From an uncultured cyanobacterium (GTDB lineage Bacteria > Cyanobacteriota > Cyanobacteriia > CAKZMO01): a DNA stretch of 64,000 nt. Positions 11,049-20,231 of this stretch are shown piece by piece. The position numbers and the translations under genes were made by a program. The stretch is from contig CAVRCJ010000011.1 of assembly GCA_963719515.1 (NCBI GenBank), positions 160,001-224,000 of the forward strand. Reading direction: 5' to 3'. Within the stretch, counting starts at the first letter, position 1, and each line of letters starts with the position of its first letter. The notes beneath the pieces were generated by a model that did not search any database, was not told where the DNA came from, and saw nothing but the letters and a program-made list of their open reading frames with translations.

Positions 11049-11084
11049 GCTCCGAGCGCTGCCGGCGGCGGCGGCGCTCGGAGC
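11049..11084. repeat. GC-rich inverted repeat (11-bp perfect stem)
   Basis: GCTCCGAGCGC ... GCGCTCGGAGC. Confidence 0.75.
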
Positions 11085-11104
11085 GAGAGACGCCCTCGTA
11101 GTAC

Positions 11105-11160
11105 CCAGTGGCAGATCGAACCCGTGGCAGATTGAACCAGTGACAGATTGAACTAGTGGC
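11105..11160. repeat. 16-bp direct repeat CCAGTGGCAGATTGAA x3.5
   Basis: units start at 11105, 11121, 11137; partial unit at 11153. Confidence 0.85.
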
Positions 11161-11254
11161 CTGCTGTGCTCATCCAAGGGACATCCTGCAATTCAGTGAC
11201 GCCTATAGGGTAAGCTTTGTACGATCTACAGACGGCAAGGCAGCAGCAAAACCC

Positions 11255-12229
11255 ATGGCACCCCCCCAAACAGCGAACCCAGTCCAGCCCAAACTCATCA
11301 TTCACGGCGGAGCCGGTAGCTCGCTCAAAGGAAAAGGGGGCTTAGAGGCGGTGCGGCAATCGCTGCACGCCATTGTGCGAGAAACGTTTGCCTGCCTGGA
11401 GAAGGGAGGATCGGCAGAAGACGCCGTCATGCTGGGCTGCCGCCTACTTGAGGATGAGCCTCGCTTCAACGCCGGGACCGGCTCGGTACTGCAATCTGAC
11501 GGACAGGTGCGCATGAGCGCAGCCCTGATGAAGGGAGACCTGCAGCGCTTTAGCGGCGTCATCAACGTGGGCCGGGTCAAAAATCCAATCGAGCTCGCCC
11601 AGCAGCTTCAAGGCTCACCCGACCGGGTGCTGTCGGAAACCGGAGCGGCGATGCTGGCCCGGGAGCAGCAGGTGCCTCCCTACGACCCGGCGACAGACCT
11701 GCGGCTGCAGGAATGGCTACAGGAGCGGGCCGGTAACTTTGAGCCCGGAATGGCAAACGTTATCGCCGAGGTCCTACCGGCCACAGCTGCCGGAGACACC
11801 GCCGGGCGGGGCACTATTGGGGTGGTGGCCCTAGACGCGCAGGGGCGTTTGGCGGTGGGGACCTCCACCGGAGGAAAAGGCTTCGAGCGCATTGGCCGGG
11901 TCAGCGACTCCGCCATGCCTGCCGGCAACTACGCTACGCCCACCTCGGCCATCAGCTGCACCGGCATCGGCGAGGACATCATTGATGAATGTCTGGCCCC
12001 CCGAATTGCCGTTCGCGTCACCGACGGGGCGACCCTAGAGACTGCCTTTGCCCGCTCCTGCGCCGAGGCCCACCAAAACCAGCGAGACCTCGGGGCCATC
12101 GGCCTCGACCACACCGGGGCGATCGCCTGGGGCAAAACCAGCGACATCTTGCTGGCGGCCTACCATACGGGCGCTGAGGTGGGCGACACTTTAGAAGATC
12201 CCATCGGGCTATACACGAAAGGGTGCTAG
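11255..12229 (+). CDS. iaaA: isoaspartyl peptidase / plant-type L-asparaginase
   Basis: IIHGGAG, FNAGTGS, GTIGVVALD (catalytic Thr), TSTGG, GRVSDS, CTGIGE. Confidence 0.9.
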   Translation: MAPPQTANPVQPKLIIHGGAGSSLKGKGGLEAVRQSLHAIVRETFACLEKGGSAEDAVMLGCRLLEDEPRFNAGTGSVLQSDGQVRMSAALMKGDLQRFSGVINVGRVKNPIELAQQLQGSPDRVLSETGAAMLAREQQVPPYDPATDLRLQEWLQERAGNFEPGMANVIAEVLPATAAGDTAGRGTIGVVALDAQGRLAVGTSTGGKGFERIGRVSDSAMPAGNYATPTSAISCTGIGEDIIDECLAPRIAVRVTDGATLETAFARSCAEAHQNQRDLGAIGLDHTGAIAWGKTSDILLAAYHTGAEVGDTLEDPIGLYTKGC

Positions 12230-12663
12230 CGGCAGCTCCCTAAAAGGCAGCCTCCAGTTTGACTTTGCAAATCGCCTATGCCGTCCGGACGAAGAGACTG
12301 GCGATCGCTATAGTGGACAAGCGCTAGCTGTCATTGCCTCCCAATTTCTTGCCTGAGCGGTCGGCGATCGCCATATTGACGGCTTATTTTTGGCCATTGG
12401 GGAACTCTAACCGCTGTTTTACAGACAGCTGTTATCGAGGTAGTTCCAATTCAGGCAAGCGCTAATGAGCTGAATTTGTCGGATGGGGACTATAGCGACT
12501 ATCCTGGGAAGCTGAGACCGTGATTATGGTCGATTACAATGGGTATTGCTTGCGCACTTAACCCCACCCTTTATTTTTAACCTCAGCTATCGGTAGCTTC
12601 CGCGCCCTCGAAACACCTGCCAGATAGCGCCAACGTATTTAAGGCTGACGTACAAGTACGATT

Positions 12664-14175
12664 ATGATTAAGCATTCTTCTAATAAATCTTATCAACGAG
12701 CCTGTTCAGTGATAGCTAGCGGGCTAAGCTGTGCCGGCCTACTGGGAAGCGCGGCCAACGTGGCGATCGCCAAGCAGGTCATCACCGTGGCGTCTCAGTC
12801 GGCGACTGACGCCCCACCCCCAGCCCTTTCGCTAGACGCCGCTCCCCTAGAGACGGCGGTTGTGTTGCCTCCAGAATACTTCCCGCTTGAGATACCGACT
12901 GCTGAGGAGACGGCCTCCAAATCCAATGCGCCTAGTTCTGCCACCGCCGGCGCTGTTGCCGAAGATTGGGTGGCCTCGGCGGCAGAAGCCCCCGCTGACG
13001 CCACCATCGACATCGACGTTTCCGCAGCTGACGCCCCCTCGGTAGCAGCGCCCGCCGCCGAGCTGATAACCCCGGCTCCTGCTGCGCAGCCGGTTCTAGA
13101 CCCTGTGGAAGTTCTCCCTACGGAGTCGACTTCGGCCCCGACCGATTCTGGGGCTGAAGTCGACTTCGGCGCTCAGTACATTGACCCCACCGACTACAGC
13201 GTTGGCGCTACAGAACCTACCGCTGCCCCTGACGTGGTGCTCTCAGAGCGCTCCACAGGCTGCAAAACTGTACTTCGCCAAGGCGAGGCCATTCCCTCTA
13301 GCGTCTGCGGCGACGCCGCGCCGGCGGCACCAGGATCTGCAGGCTCTGCAGGCTCCGTCGCCCGTCGTGCATCCCCCCGGCCAGCGGTCAATGCGGTTCG
13401 CGTTGGGGCGGTTAGCATTGACGGCAACGGCATTCACCTGCGCCGCTCCGTCCGCGATTATTACAGCCGCACTGCCCGCCCCAGAGCGCTGCAAAGCAAC
13501 GGCAACAGGGCGCTGATGTTTCCCCTGGCCATTCCCGCTCGAATTTCCTCCCCCTTCGGCTGGCGGGTCCATCCCATCTTCGGCAATCACCGCCTCCATA
13601 CCGGAACCGACCTGTCCGCGGCCCAGGGAACGCCCATCGTCGCAGCCTACTCAGGGCGGGTCGCCCTCTCGGATATTCTGGGGGGCTACGGCGTCACGGT
13701 GGTGCTTCAGCACGATGAGCGCTCGGCGCAAACGCTGTACGGCCACATGTCTGAGGTGTTCGTTAAATCTGGCGAGTGGGTCGAGCAGGGAACGGTGATT
13801 GGCCGCGTGGGCAGCACCGGCAACTCCACCGGCCCTCACCTGCACTTTGAGTACCGTCAGCGCACCGCCGATGGTTGGGTGGCCGTCAACGCGGGCGAAC
13901 TGCTGAATCAGTCTTTGGCCTATCTGCAAGATGGCTTCCAGCTCGCCGCTGTGCAAATCAACGCCGGGACAAGCCTAGAGATCCCTCAGCTCAGCATTCC
14001 TAAGCTGCTGCGAGCCGGCAAGGATGCGACGAAAGAGGCGTCGCCAGATGGGGCCATCGCCGCCAATATCGCCGCCCCCGAAATGATAGCAGTGCCCGGC
14101 ATAGTCGCTAAGTTTGAGTCTAGAACTCCGGCTGCGCCTCAGCTCGTTACTGAACTTGAATCCATAGCGCGATAG
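12664..14175 (+). CDS. M23-family metallo-endopeptidase
   Basis: SSPFGWRVHPI, HTGTD, LYGHMS, STGPHLHFE. Confidence 0.9.
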   Translation: MIKHSSNKSYQRACSVIASGLSCAGLLGSAANVAIAKQVITVASQSATDAPPPALSLDAAPLETAVVLPPEYFPLEIPTAEETASKSNAPSSATAGAVAEDWVASAAEAPADATIDIDVSAADAPSVAAPAAELITPAPAAQPVLDPVEVLPTESTSAPTDSGAEVDFGAQYIDPTDYSVGATEPTAAPDVVLSERSTGCKTVLRQGEAIPSSVCGDAAPAAPGSAGSAGSVARRASPRPAVNAVRVGAVSIDGNGIHLRRSVRDYYSRTARPRALQSNGNRALMFPLAIPARISSPFGWRVHPIFGNHRLHTGTDLSAAQGTPIVAAYSGRVALSDILGGYGVTVVLQHDERSAQTLYGHMSEVFVKSGEWVEQGTVIGRVGSTGNSTGPHLHFEYRQRTADGWVAVNAGELLNQSLAYLQDGFQLAAVQINAGTSLEIPQLSIPKLLRAGKDATKEASPDGAIAANIAAPEMIAVPGIVAKFESRTPAAPQLVTELESIAR

Positions 14176-14254
14176 CGAGCCGAGCGGGCGCAGTGGCCCC
14201 AAGCTGCTGCGCCCGGGCATACTGAACCTGCCGTCTATCGCTGCTCACCTACCC

Positions 14255-15016
14255 ATGACATCTGCTCCGTTTTTGCTGCTCGGTGAACAGCCGATTTCCT
14301 TGAGTGAGGCAATTCGCTATCTGCAAAGAGGCCAGAAGTTTGACGCTCTGGTGGGTGAGGTCGTGCGGCAGTACGTGCTGGAGCAGGCTTTGGCGCAGCA
14401 GTCCACTCCTATTGATGCGGCGGCAGTAGAGCAGGCCGTGATTGACTTTCGTCTGCAGCAGCAGCTTGCAGACCCAGCAGCTTTCCAGGAGTGGCTAACG
14501 AGCAACGGCCTGACCTTTGAACAGTTTCAGCAACAGGTGACGGCGGGTTTTCGCGTCAGAGCGCTAAAAGAGGCGATCGCCCTCCCCAAGCTGCAGCAGT
14601 ACTTTATCGAGCGCAAGCTCTACCTAGACCGGGTGGTGCTCTCGCGCATCATCGTCGAAGACAAAGACCTGATAGAAGAGCTGCGTCACCAGGTTGTAGA
14701 GAAGCAGGCCAGTTTCGAGGCGCTGGCGCGGGAGTTCTCTATCACCGACGATCGCATCGTCAACGGCATGGTGGGGCCGGTGAGCCGGGGTACAATGCCG
14801 GATGAGCTGCGGGTTGCGGTCGACGAGGCTGGCCCTGAAGAGCTAGTCGGCCCGATTCACATGGACGAGCGCTGGGGACTGTTTCGCGTTGAGGCGGTGC
14901 TGCCCGCTTCCTTAGAAGACGACGCCCTCAAACAAGCGCTCATCGACGAGATATTTGAGCAGTGGCTGGCCGAAACCATCGAATCAACACCGATTCAGCT
15001 CCAGGTCACAGCATGA
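14255..15016 (+). CDS. parvulin-type peptidylprolyl isomerase/foldase associated with type I secretion
   Basis: LDRVVLSRIIV, SFEALAREFS; stop overlaps the HlyB start (ATGA). Confidence 0.8.
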   Translation: MTSAPFLLLGEQPISLSEAIRYLQRGQKFDALVGEVVRQYVLEQALAQQSTPIDAAAVEQAVIDFRLQQQLADPAAFQEWLTSNGLTFEQFQQQVTAGFRVRALKEAIALPKLQQYFIERKLYLDRVVLSRIIVEDKDLIEELRHQVVEKQASFEALAREFSITDDRIVNGMVGPVSRGTMPDELRVAVDEAGPEELVGPIHMDERWGLFRVEAVLPASLEDDALKQALIDEIFEQWLAETIESTPIQLQVTA

Positions 15017-17579
15017 TCTCTGAAGCGCCCCAGCTCGACTGGGATCAGCCGCCGCTGCAGTTGCTTGCCCCCCACCAGCGCGATCGCATCCAGCAGGCAG
15101 CAACCCAGAGAACCTATCGGTTGGGTAAGGTAATTTGGCCCGCCGCATTACAGAGGGGCCGGAGCAGGGGCCGGAGCAGGGGCCGGAGCAGTATCTAATC
15201 CTCTCTGGGCAGGTGCGGCTGGTGTCTCCCGACGGAGATGCCCTTTTGGGGGCGGGGGACTGGTTTGGCGAGCTGCTGCAGCTAGAGGGCTGGAAGGCGA
15301 GGGCTGCGAGCCGGGAGGTGGTGGTTCTAGCCTGGGAGGCGGCCCTGTGGCGATCGCTGCTTCAAGCTCCGGCCCAACGCAGCGCCAACGACCCAGCGCC
15401 GCTACAGAAATTTTGGACCGAGCTACAGGCGCGCTATCAGCCTGTCTCGCTGGACTTAGACCTCGTGGCAGCTTACCCCTACGTGGGCCACATCAACGCG
15501 ATCGCCGCCTGCTTGACCATGGTGTCTCAGCAGCTAGAAGTGCCCGTCCAGCTCGACTGGATGGTGCGGCAGGTGCGCGGACAGCGGCCCAAAGATCTCT
15601 CCAGCGCTGCAGAAAAGGCGGGACTGCAAAGCCGGCGGCTGATGATTTCCACCTGGTCCGATTTACGCCAGACGGTCCTGCCGGCGATTCTCCCATGGGA
15701 CGACCACTGGGCGGTGCTTTACGCCGTTAGGGGCAATAGCCTTACCATCGCCGACCCCTACAGCCCGCACCAGAGCGCTCAGCGGCTACCTAAAGAGGCG
15801 GTAGAGGAGCATTGGGACGGGGAGCTGTGGCAGCTAGACCCCGTACAGGCTCAGGAGAAGTTTGGCCTCAGCTGGTTCCTGCCCGCCGTAATGCGCTATC
15901 GCGGCCTGCTGGGAGAAGTGCTGCTAGCCTCGTTTTCTCTGCAGCTGTTGGGCCTCACTACGCCCATCATTACCCAGGTGGTGATCGACAAGGTCATGGT
16001 GCAGGGCAGCATTCCCACCCTAGACGTGATGGCGATCGCCCTCCTTGCCGTTGCAATCTTCGAGGCGGCGCTGGGCATCCTGCGGATGTTCATCTTCACC
16101 CACACTACAAATAGACTCGATTTGAGCCTCTCGGCCCAGCTGTTTCGTCACCTGCTGCGGCTGCCGCTGTCCTATTTCGAGGCTCGCCGCGTGGGGGATA
16201 CGGTGGCCCGGGTTCAGGAGCTAGAGGAAATCCGCCAGTTTCTCACCAGCACCGCGCTGACCGTGATGCTCGACAGCGTCTTTGCGGCGATTTACCTGGT
16301 GGTGATGCTCTACTACAGCGTTACCCTGACGGGGGTGGCCTTGGCGGTGCTGCCTCTATTTGCGGTCCTCACCCTCGCGTCTACCCCCATTTTGCGGCGC
16401 TGGCTGGACCAAACCTTTGACCGCAGCGCCGACAGTCAGTCCTTTTTGGTAGAGACCGTCACCGGCATCCAAACCGTAAAGGCCCACGCTGGGGAAAAAG
16501 ACGCCCGCGATCGCTGGGAGGGCCTCTATGCTCGCTTCGTGCGCACCGGCTTTCGCGCCAACACCACCGCCAACATCAGCAACCACCTGGGAGATTTTTT
16601 GACCAGCTTCTCTAGCCTGCTGCTGCTGTGGGTGGGGGCGCGGCTGGTGATCAATCAGGATTTTACGATTGGTCAGCTGATTGCCTTTCAGATGTTTACC
16701 GCTCGGGTCACCGGTCCGCTGCTGCGGCTGGTGCAGCTGTGGCAAAACCTGCAGGAGGTGCTGCTGGCGGTAGACCGTATTGGCGACATCCTCAACGTAC
16801 CGCCGGAGGCGGAGCCCGGGACGGGGCTAGTGCTGCCTGCCCTGAAAGGTGAGGTGGCCTTCGATAAAATCTTTTTCCGGTATCAAGAGGCGCAGGAGCC
16901 GATTTTGCGGGGGGTCTCCTTTAAGGCCGAGCCGGGCATGTTTGTGGGCATCGTGGGCCGCAGCGGCTCTGGGAAGAGCACCCTGTCAAAGCTGATGCAG
17001 CGGCTCTATACGCCAGAATCAGGGCGTATCACTGTGGATGGGTTCGACGTTAAAAGCGCCGATTTGGCCTCCCTGCGGCCCCAAATAGCCGTGGTGCTGC
17101 AGGACGACTTTTTGTTCAACGGTTCCATTTTAGACAACATCACTCTGGGCAACTTGGACGTGACGGCGGAGGCGGTGGTGGAGGCGGCGCGACTGGCGGT
17201 GGCCCACGACTTTATATCTGACCTGCCTGAGGGCTATGAGACCAACGTGGGGGAGCGGGGCGTGGCGCTCTCGGGCGGCCAGCGACAGCGGATTACGTTG
17301 GCGCGGCTGTTTCTGTCCCAGGCTCCGATTCTAATTTTGGATGAGGCCACTAGCAATCTAGATGCGGAGACGGAGCAGCAGGTGCTGGAGAACCTGCGCC
17401 AGGCGTCTGAGGGCCGTACGGTGTTTTTGATCGCCCATCGGTTTGCGCCGCTGAAGCGGGCGGATTTAATTCTGGCGATGGAGAAGGGGGTGGTGGTGGA
17501 GCGGGGCACCCATGAGTCGCTGCTGGCGGAGAAGGGGCTGTATCATTCGCTCTACCGGCGGCAGCAGACGTCGGTGTAA
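15013..17579 (+). CDS. HlyB-family peptidase-domain ABC transporter (cNMP-like, inactive C39-like, TMD, NBD); frameshift near 15140-15195
   Basis: GRSGSGKST, LSGGQRQR, ILDEATS; the N-terminus MISEAPQLDWDQPPL...YRLGKVIW is in a different frame from ...EQYLILSGQVRLV. Confidence 0.85.
15154..15189. repeat. 12-bp tandem repeat AGGGGCCGGAGC x3
   Basis: seen directly at the HlyB frameshift zone. Confidence 0.9.
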
Positions 17580-17602
17580 CAAATCCCTTTTCGGAAATTG
17601 GT

Positions 17603-17971
17603 TTAAGACATTGCGGGGGCGGGCTTGCGGCTGGCGCGCTTGCGCTCGGACTTTTTCTTTAAGCCGACGGCTTGGGCTTCGTCGCTGTCGGGGCCGTACT
17701 GGCCGCGCACGCCTTCTTTCATGGCGAGAACGGCGTTGTGGAAGGTCCATTCTGCTAGGCGGGCGGCGTCGGTGGCGGCTTTGTAGGCGGCTTTTTGTTC
17801 GGTTTCGCGCTGTTGGGCGGTGAGCATGGCGCTGTAGGCGTCTTTTAGAACTTCGGGGGCGGCGTCGAGCCTTGGGGGGATGTAGTCTTTGACGTAGGTG
17901 AAGCCGTTGTAGGAATTGATGTCGCGTTTGATGACGTTGCCGGTGAGGCGGCGGTTGGTGTTTTGAATCAT
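17603..17971 (-). CDS. conserved hypothetical helical protein with basic C-terminal tail
   Basis: ATG at 17971; AEWTFHNAVLAMKEGVRGQYGPDSDEAQAVGLKKKSERKR resembles a recurrent cyanobacterial family. Confidence 0.75.
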   Translation of the reverse strand: MIQNTNRRLTGNVIKRDINSYNGFTYVKDYIPPRLDAAPEVLKDAYSAMLTAQQRETEQKAAYKAATDAARLAEWTFHNAVLAMKEGVRGQYGPDSDEAQAVGLKKKSERKRASRKPAPAMS

Positions 17972-18041
17972 TGTTAGGGCGGTGTTACCTAAGTGTGGTA
18001 CAGGCTTATTGTGCCCGTTGCGACACTGGCGGCGATCGCCG

Positions 18042-18694
18042 CTACGGAGAAGCTTCACAGAGTGGGACGCGGTTGGGTTGGGGGGTCAGGATTTGGACTA
18101 GGATTCGCAGGAGGTCGCCTAGGTCGGCGGGCACGCGGTAAAGATCCACATCTTGGGTCACCTGGCGAGACTGGCGATCGAATTGGCCAAATTGCCAAAT
18201 ATTGCCGGTGGAAATTGCCCCTTGTAGGATTGCGTGCTGTCGGACTCTATCCATTGGTCGAGGGCGATGAGTTCAATTGCGAGCTGAACAAAGCCTCGCT
18301 CTAGGTCTTCGTTTTTGGCTTCAATCACCAGGAACGTTTGGTCACTGCGGAGCAAATAATCTAGAGAGCCTTTGAGCTGGCTGCTGACGGCTACGGGATA
18401 TTCAACGTTGAGGGTGGCTTGGGTGTAGTGCAGGAGATCGGTTAGGACAGGGGCAATCAGAAATTCCCGACGGGCCATTTCGCTGGTGAGGCTGAGGCGG
18501 GGCAAGCTTTCTTCGATGCGGGCTTTGAGGTCGGTGAGGCGATCGAGGGGGCCTTGGTATTGGGGGAGTTTTAAGGAGCGGCGCTGGAGGGTGACGCCGA
18601 AGTAGGCGAGGATGTCTTGCGGGGCAAAGTTGAGCTTGAAGTAGTCTGAGAAGGTGTAGGACTGGTCGGGGTGGATGATGTTAGCTTTGGGCAT
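18042..18694 (-). pseudogene. PD-(D/E)XK nuclease-like protein (HsdR-N-like), split by a single-base frameshift near 18236
   Basis: GSLDYLL...VIEAK...QLAIELIALDQW continues in another frame as ILQGAISTGNIWQFG...DLYRVPADL. Confidence 0.75.
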
Positions 18695-18766
18695 GGCTTT
18701 TGTCAGAGATACAGCTTGTGATGCTAGTGGCTGTTGTCAGGGCTTGCCCTCTGGTCTCCTACGAGC

Positions 18767-18855
18767 TTAGTCCTGCTCGAACTGCTGGGGTAGCAGGAAG
18801 ATGTGATCAATGATGGCTAAGTTGAGCAGGGGGAGGTGTCACTGACGACGGGCAT
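18767..18855 (-). pseudogene. 5' stub of a DUF3368-type PIN toxin
   Basis: MPVVSDTSP(fs)LLNLAIIDHIFLLPQQFEQD*, overlapping the UPF0175 stop. Confidence 0.65.
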
Positions 18856-19120
18856 AGTTTAGGTCTTCTGTCAGTTCGGTTTCTGAGTAGTGCCGGGGGA
18901 TATCGCGATCGCGCAAGCGCTGACTTGTCGGTTCGCCTATGAGCTGGCTGAACTGGTGGTGATTGAGGTGGGCGAGTTCGCGGGCTTTGCCAAAGGATAG
19001 GAGTTCTTGAGCATAGAGGGCTAAGGCGAGTTCTTTGAGCAGTTCGGCCTCAATGCGGTTTTCGGGGAGGCGGATGGATTGGATGATGGATTCGGGGATG
19101 GATAGTTGCCTTGGCTTTAT
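18839..19120 (-). pseudogene. UPF0175-family antitoxin-like gene lacking a standard start codon
   Basis: QLSIPESIIQSIRLPENRIEAELLKELALALYAQELLSFGKARELA...PRHYSETELTEDL; no in-frame ATG/GTG/TTG before an upstream TGA. Confidence 0.75.
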
Positions 19121-19194
19121 AGCTTTGGATAGGTTGACGAGGATGTTGTGGACTTTAGCGGCATTAAGCTGAGGTCTGGGAAGGGTTCATGGCG

Positions 19195-19394
19195 ATCGCC
19201 TCGCGGGAGCTTTACTCTTATCGCCTCGCGGGAGCTTTGCTCTTATCGCCTCGCGGGAGCTTTGCTCTTATCGCCTCGCGAGAGCTCTGCTCTTATCGCC
19301 TCGCGGGAGCTTTGCTCTTATCGCCTCGCGAGAGCTCTGCTCTTATCGCCTCGCGGGAGCTTTGCTCTTATCGCCTCGCGAGAGCTTTGCCCCT
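19195..19394. repeat. 25-bp tandem repeat (ATCGCCTCGCG(G/A)GAGCT(T/C)TGCTCTT) x8
   Basis: eight contiguous units with two main variants and no spacers. Confidence 0.95.
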
Positions 19395-19511
19395 ATTGTC
19401 CCTTGATAGTTTTCTTCTGCGATTTCGGGAGCTGGCTTCTGAGGCGATAGTCGTTTGAGATGTTGGCTCGGTTTCAATAACGCGCATATTGCTTGGGCCT
19501 TATCTCGAAGG

Positions 19512-20231
19512 TTAATGGCTTCGCCAGGTCTCTGCGGCTAGCGGCAACTCGTTCAGCTCAGCGCGGGCTTCGCGCCAGGTTGGGTAATGTTGATTTAGCA
19601 GCGCCATGAAGCGATCGCTGTGGGTTGGTTCAATCAGATGCGCCATTTCGTGAACGACGACGTATTCGAGTAAGTCTTTGGGCTTTTTGACTAGCTCGGT
19701 ATTGAGCCGGATATTCTTAGCCTGGTGGCTACAGCTTCCCCACTTTGTTTTCATCCGCTGCAAGAAGTAGCGCTCTACCTCGACGCCTAGCTTCTCCTGC
19801 CACTTTTGAATCAGCGGCGGAATGGCTTGATGCAGCAGCGATTTATGCCACTCATGCAGTACAGCGGCGCGCTTGACCCAGTCGCTGCCGGGGCGGACCT
19901 GCAGCAGGATGCGTTTGTGGTCAAGGGTTATGCTGGGCTTAGCATCTTGGTAGATTACTGACAGTAGATAGCGACGTCCCCAAAGGGAGTGGCTTTCGCG
20001 CTCCACAAACTGTCGAGGCGTTTCTCGGGCCTGGTGCTCAAACTGGCGCTGCTGCTCGCGAATCCAGCTCAGCTTGCTGATGGCGTAGGCGCGGGCTACG
20101 TCGAGGCGGGTAGACGTAGGTGCAACTAGGGTGACGCGACCGTCGGGGGGATGCACCGACAGATGGACGTTTTTAACGTCTTTCTGGGTGATGGTGAGGG
20201 CAATGTTCCCTAGCTGGATGGTCTCGGTCAT
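19512..20231 (-). CDS. YgjP/DUF45-family zinc metallohydrolase, hsdR-associated
   Basis: [18 protein letters not shown] (HEXXH); start overlaps the hsdR stop. Confidence 0.88.
   Translation of the reverse strand: MTETIQLGNIALTITQKDVKNVHLSVHPPDGRVTLVAPTSTRLDVARAYAISKLSWIREQQRQFEHQARETPRQFVERESHSLWGRRYLLSVIYQDAKPSITLDHKRILLQVRPGSDWVKRAAVLHEWHKSLLHQAIPPLIQKWQEKLGVEVERYFLQRMKTKWGSCSHQAKNIRLNTELVKKPKDLLEYVVVHEMAHLIEPTHSDRFMALLNQHYPTWREARAELNELPLAAETWRSH

Noticed and set aside
12400..12600. c-di-AMP (ydaO) riboswitch upstream of the M23 peptidase
   Set aside because: Only GCTGAAT is present; the GGGGAACC and GTCAGCTAAC core elements were not found
19195..19394. CRISPR array
   Set aside because: Units are contiguous with no unique spacers, and there are no cas genes in the window
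19148..19458. ORFs 19148-19450 and 19189-19458
   Set aside because: Translations of the 25-bp repeat that cycle through frames; no protein-like features
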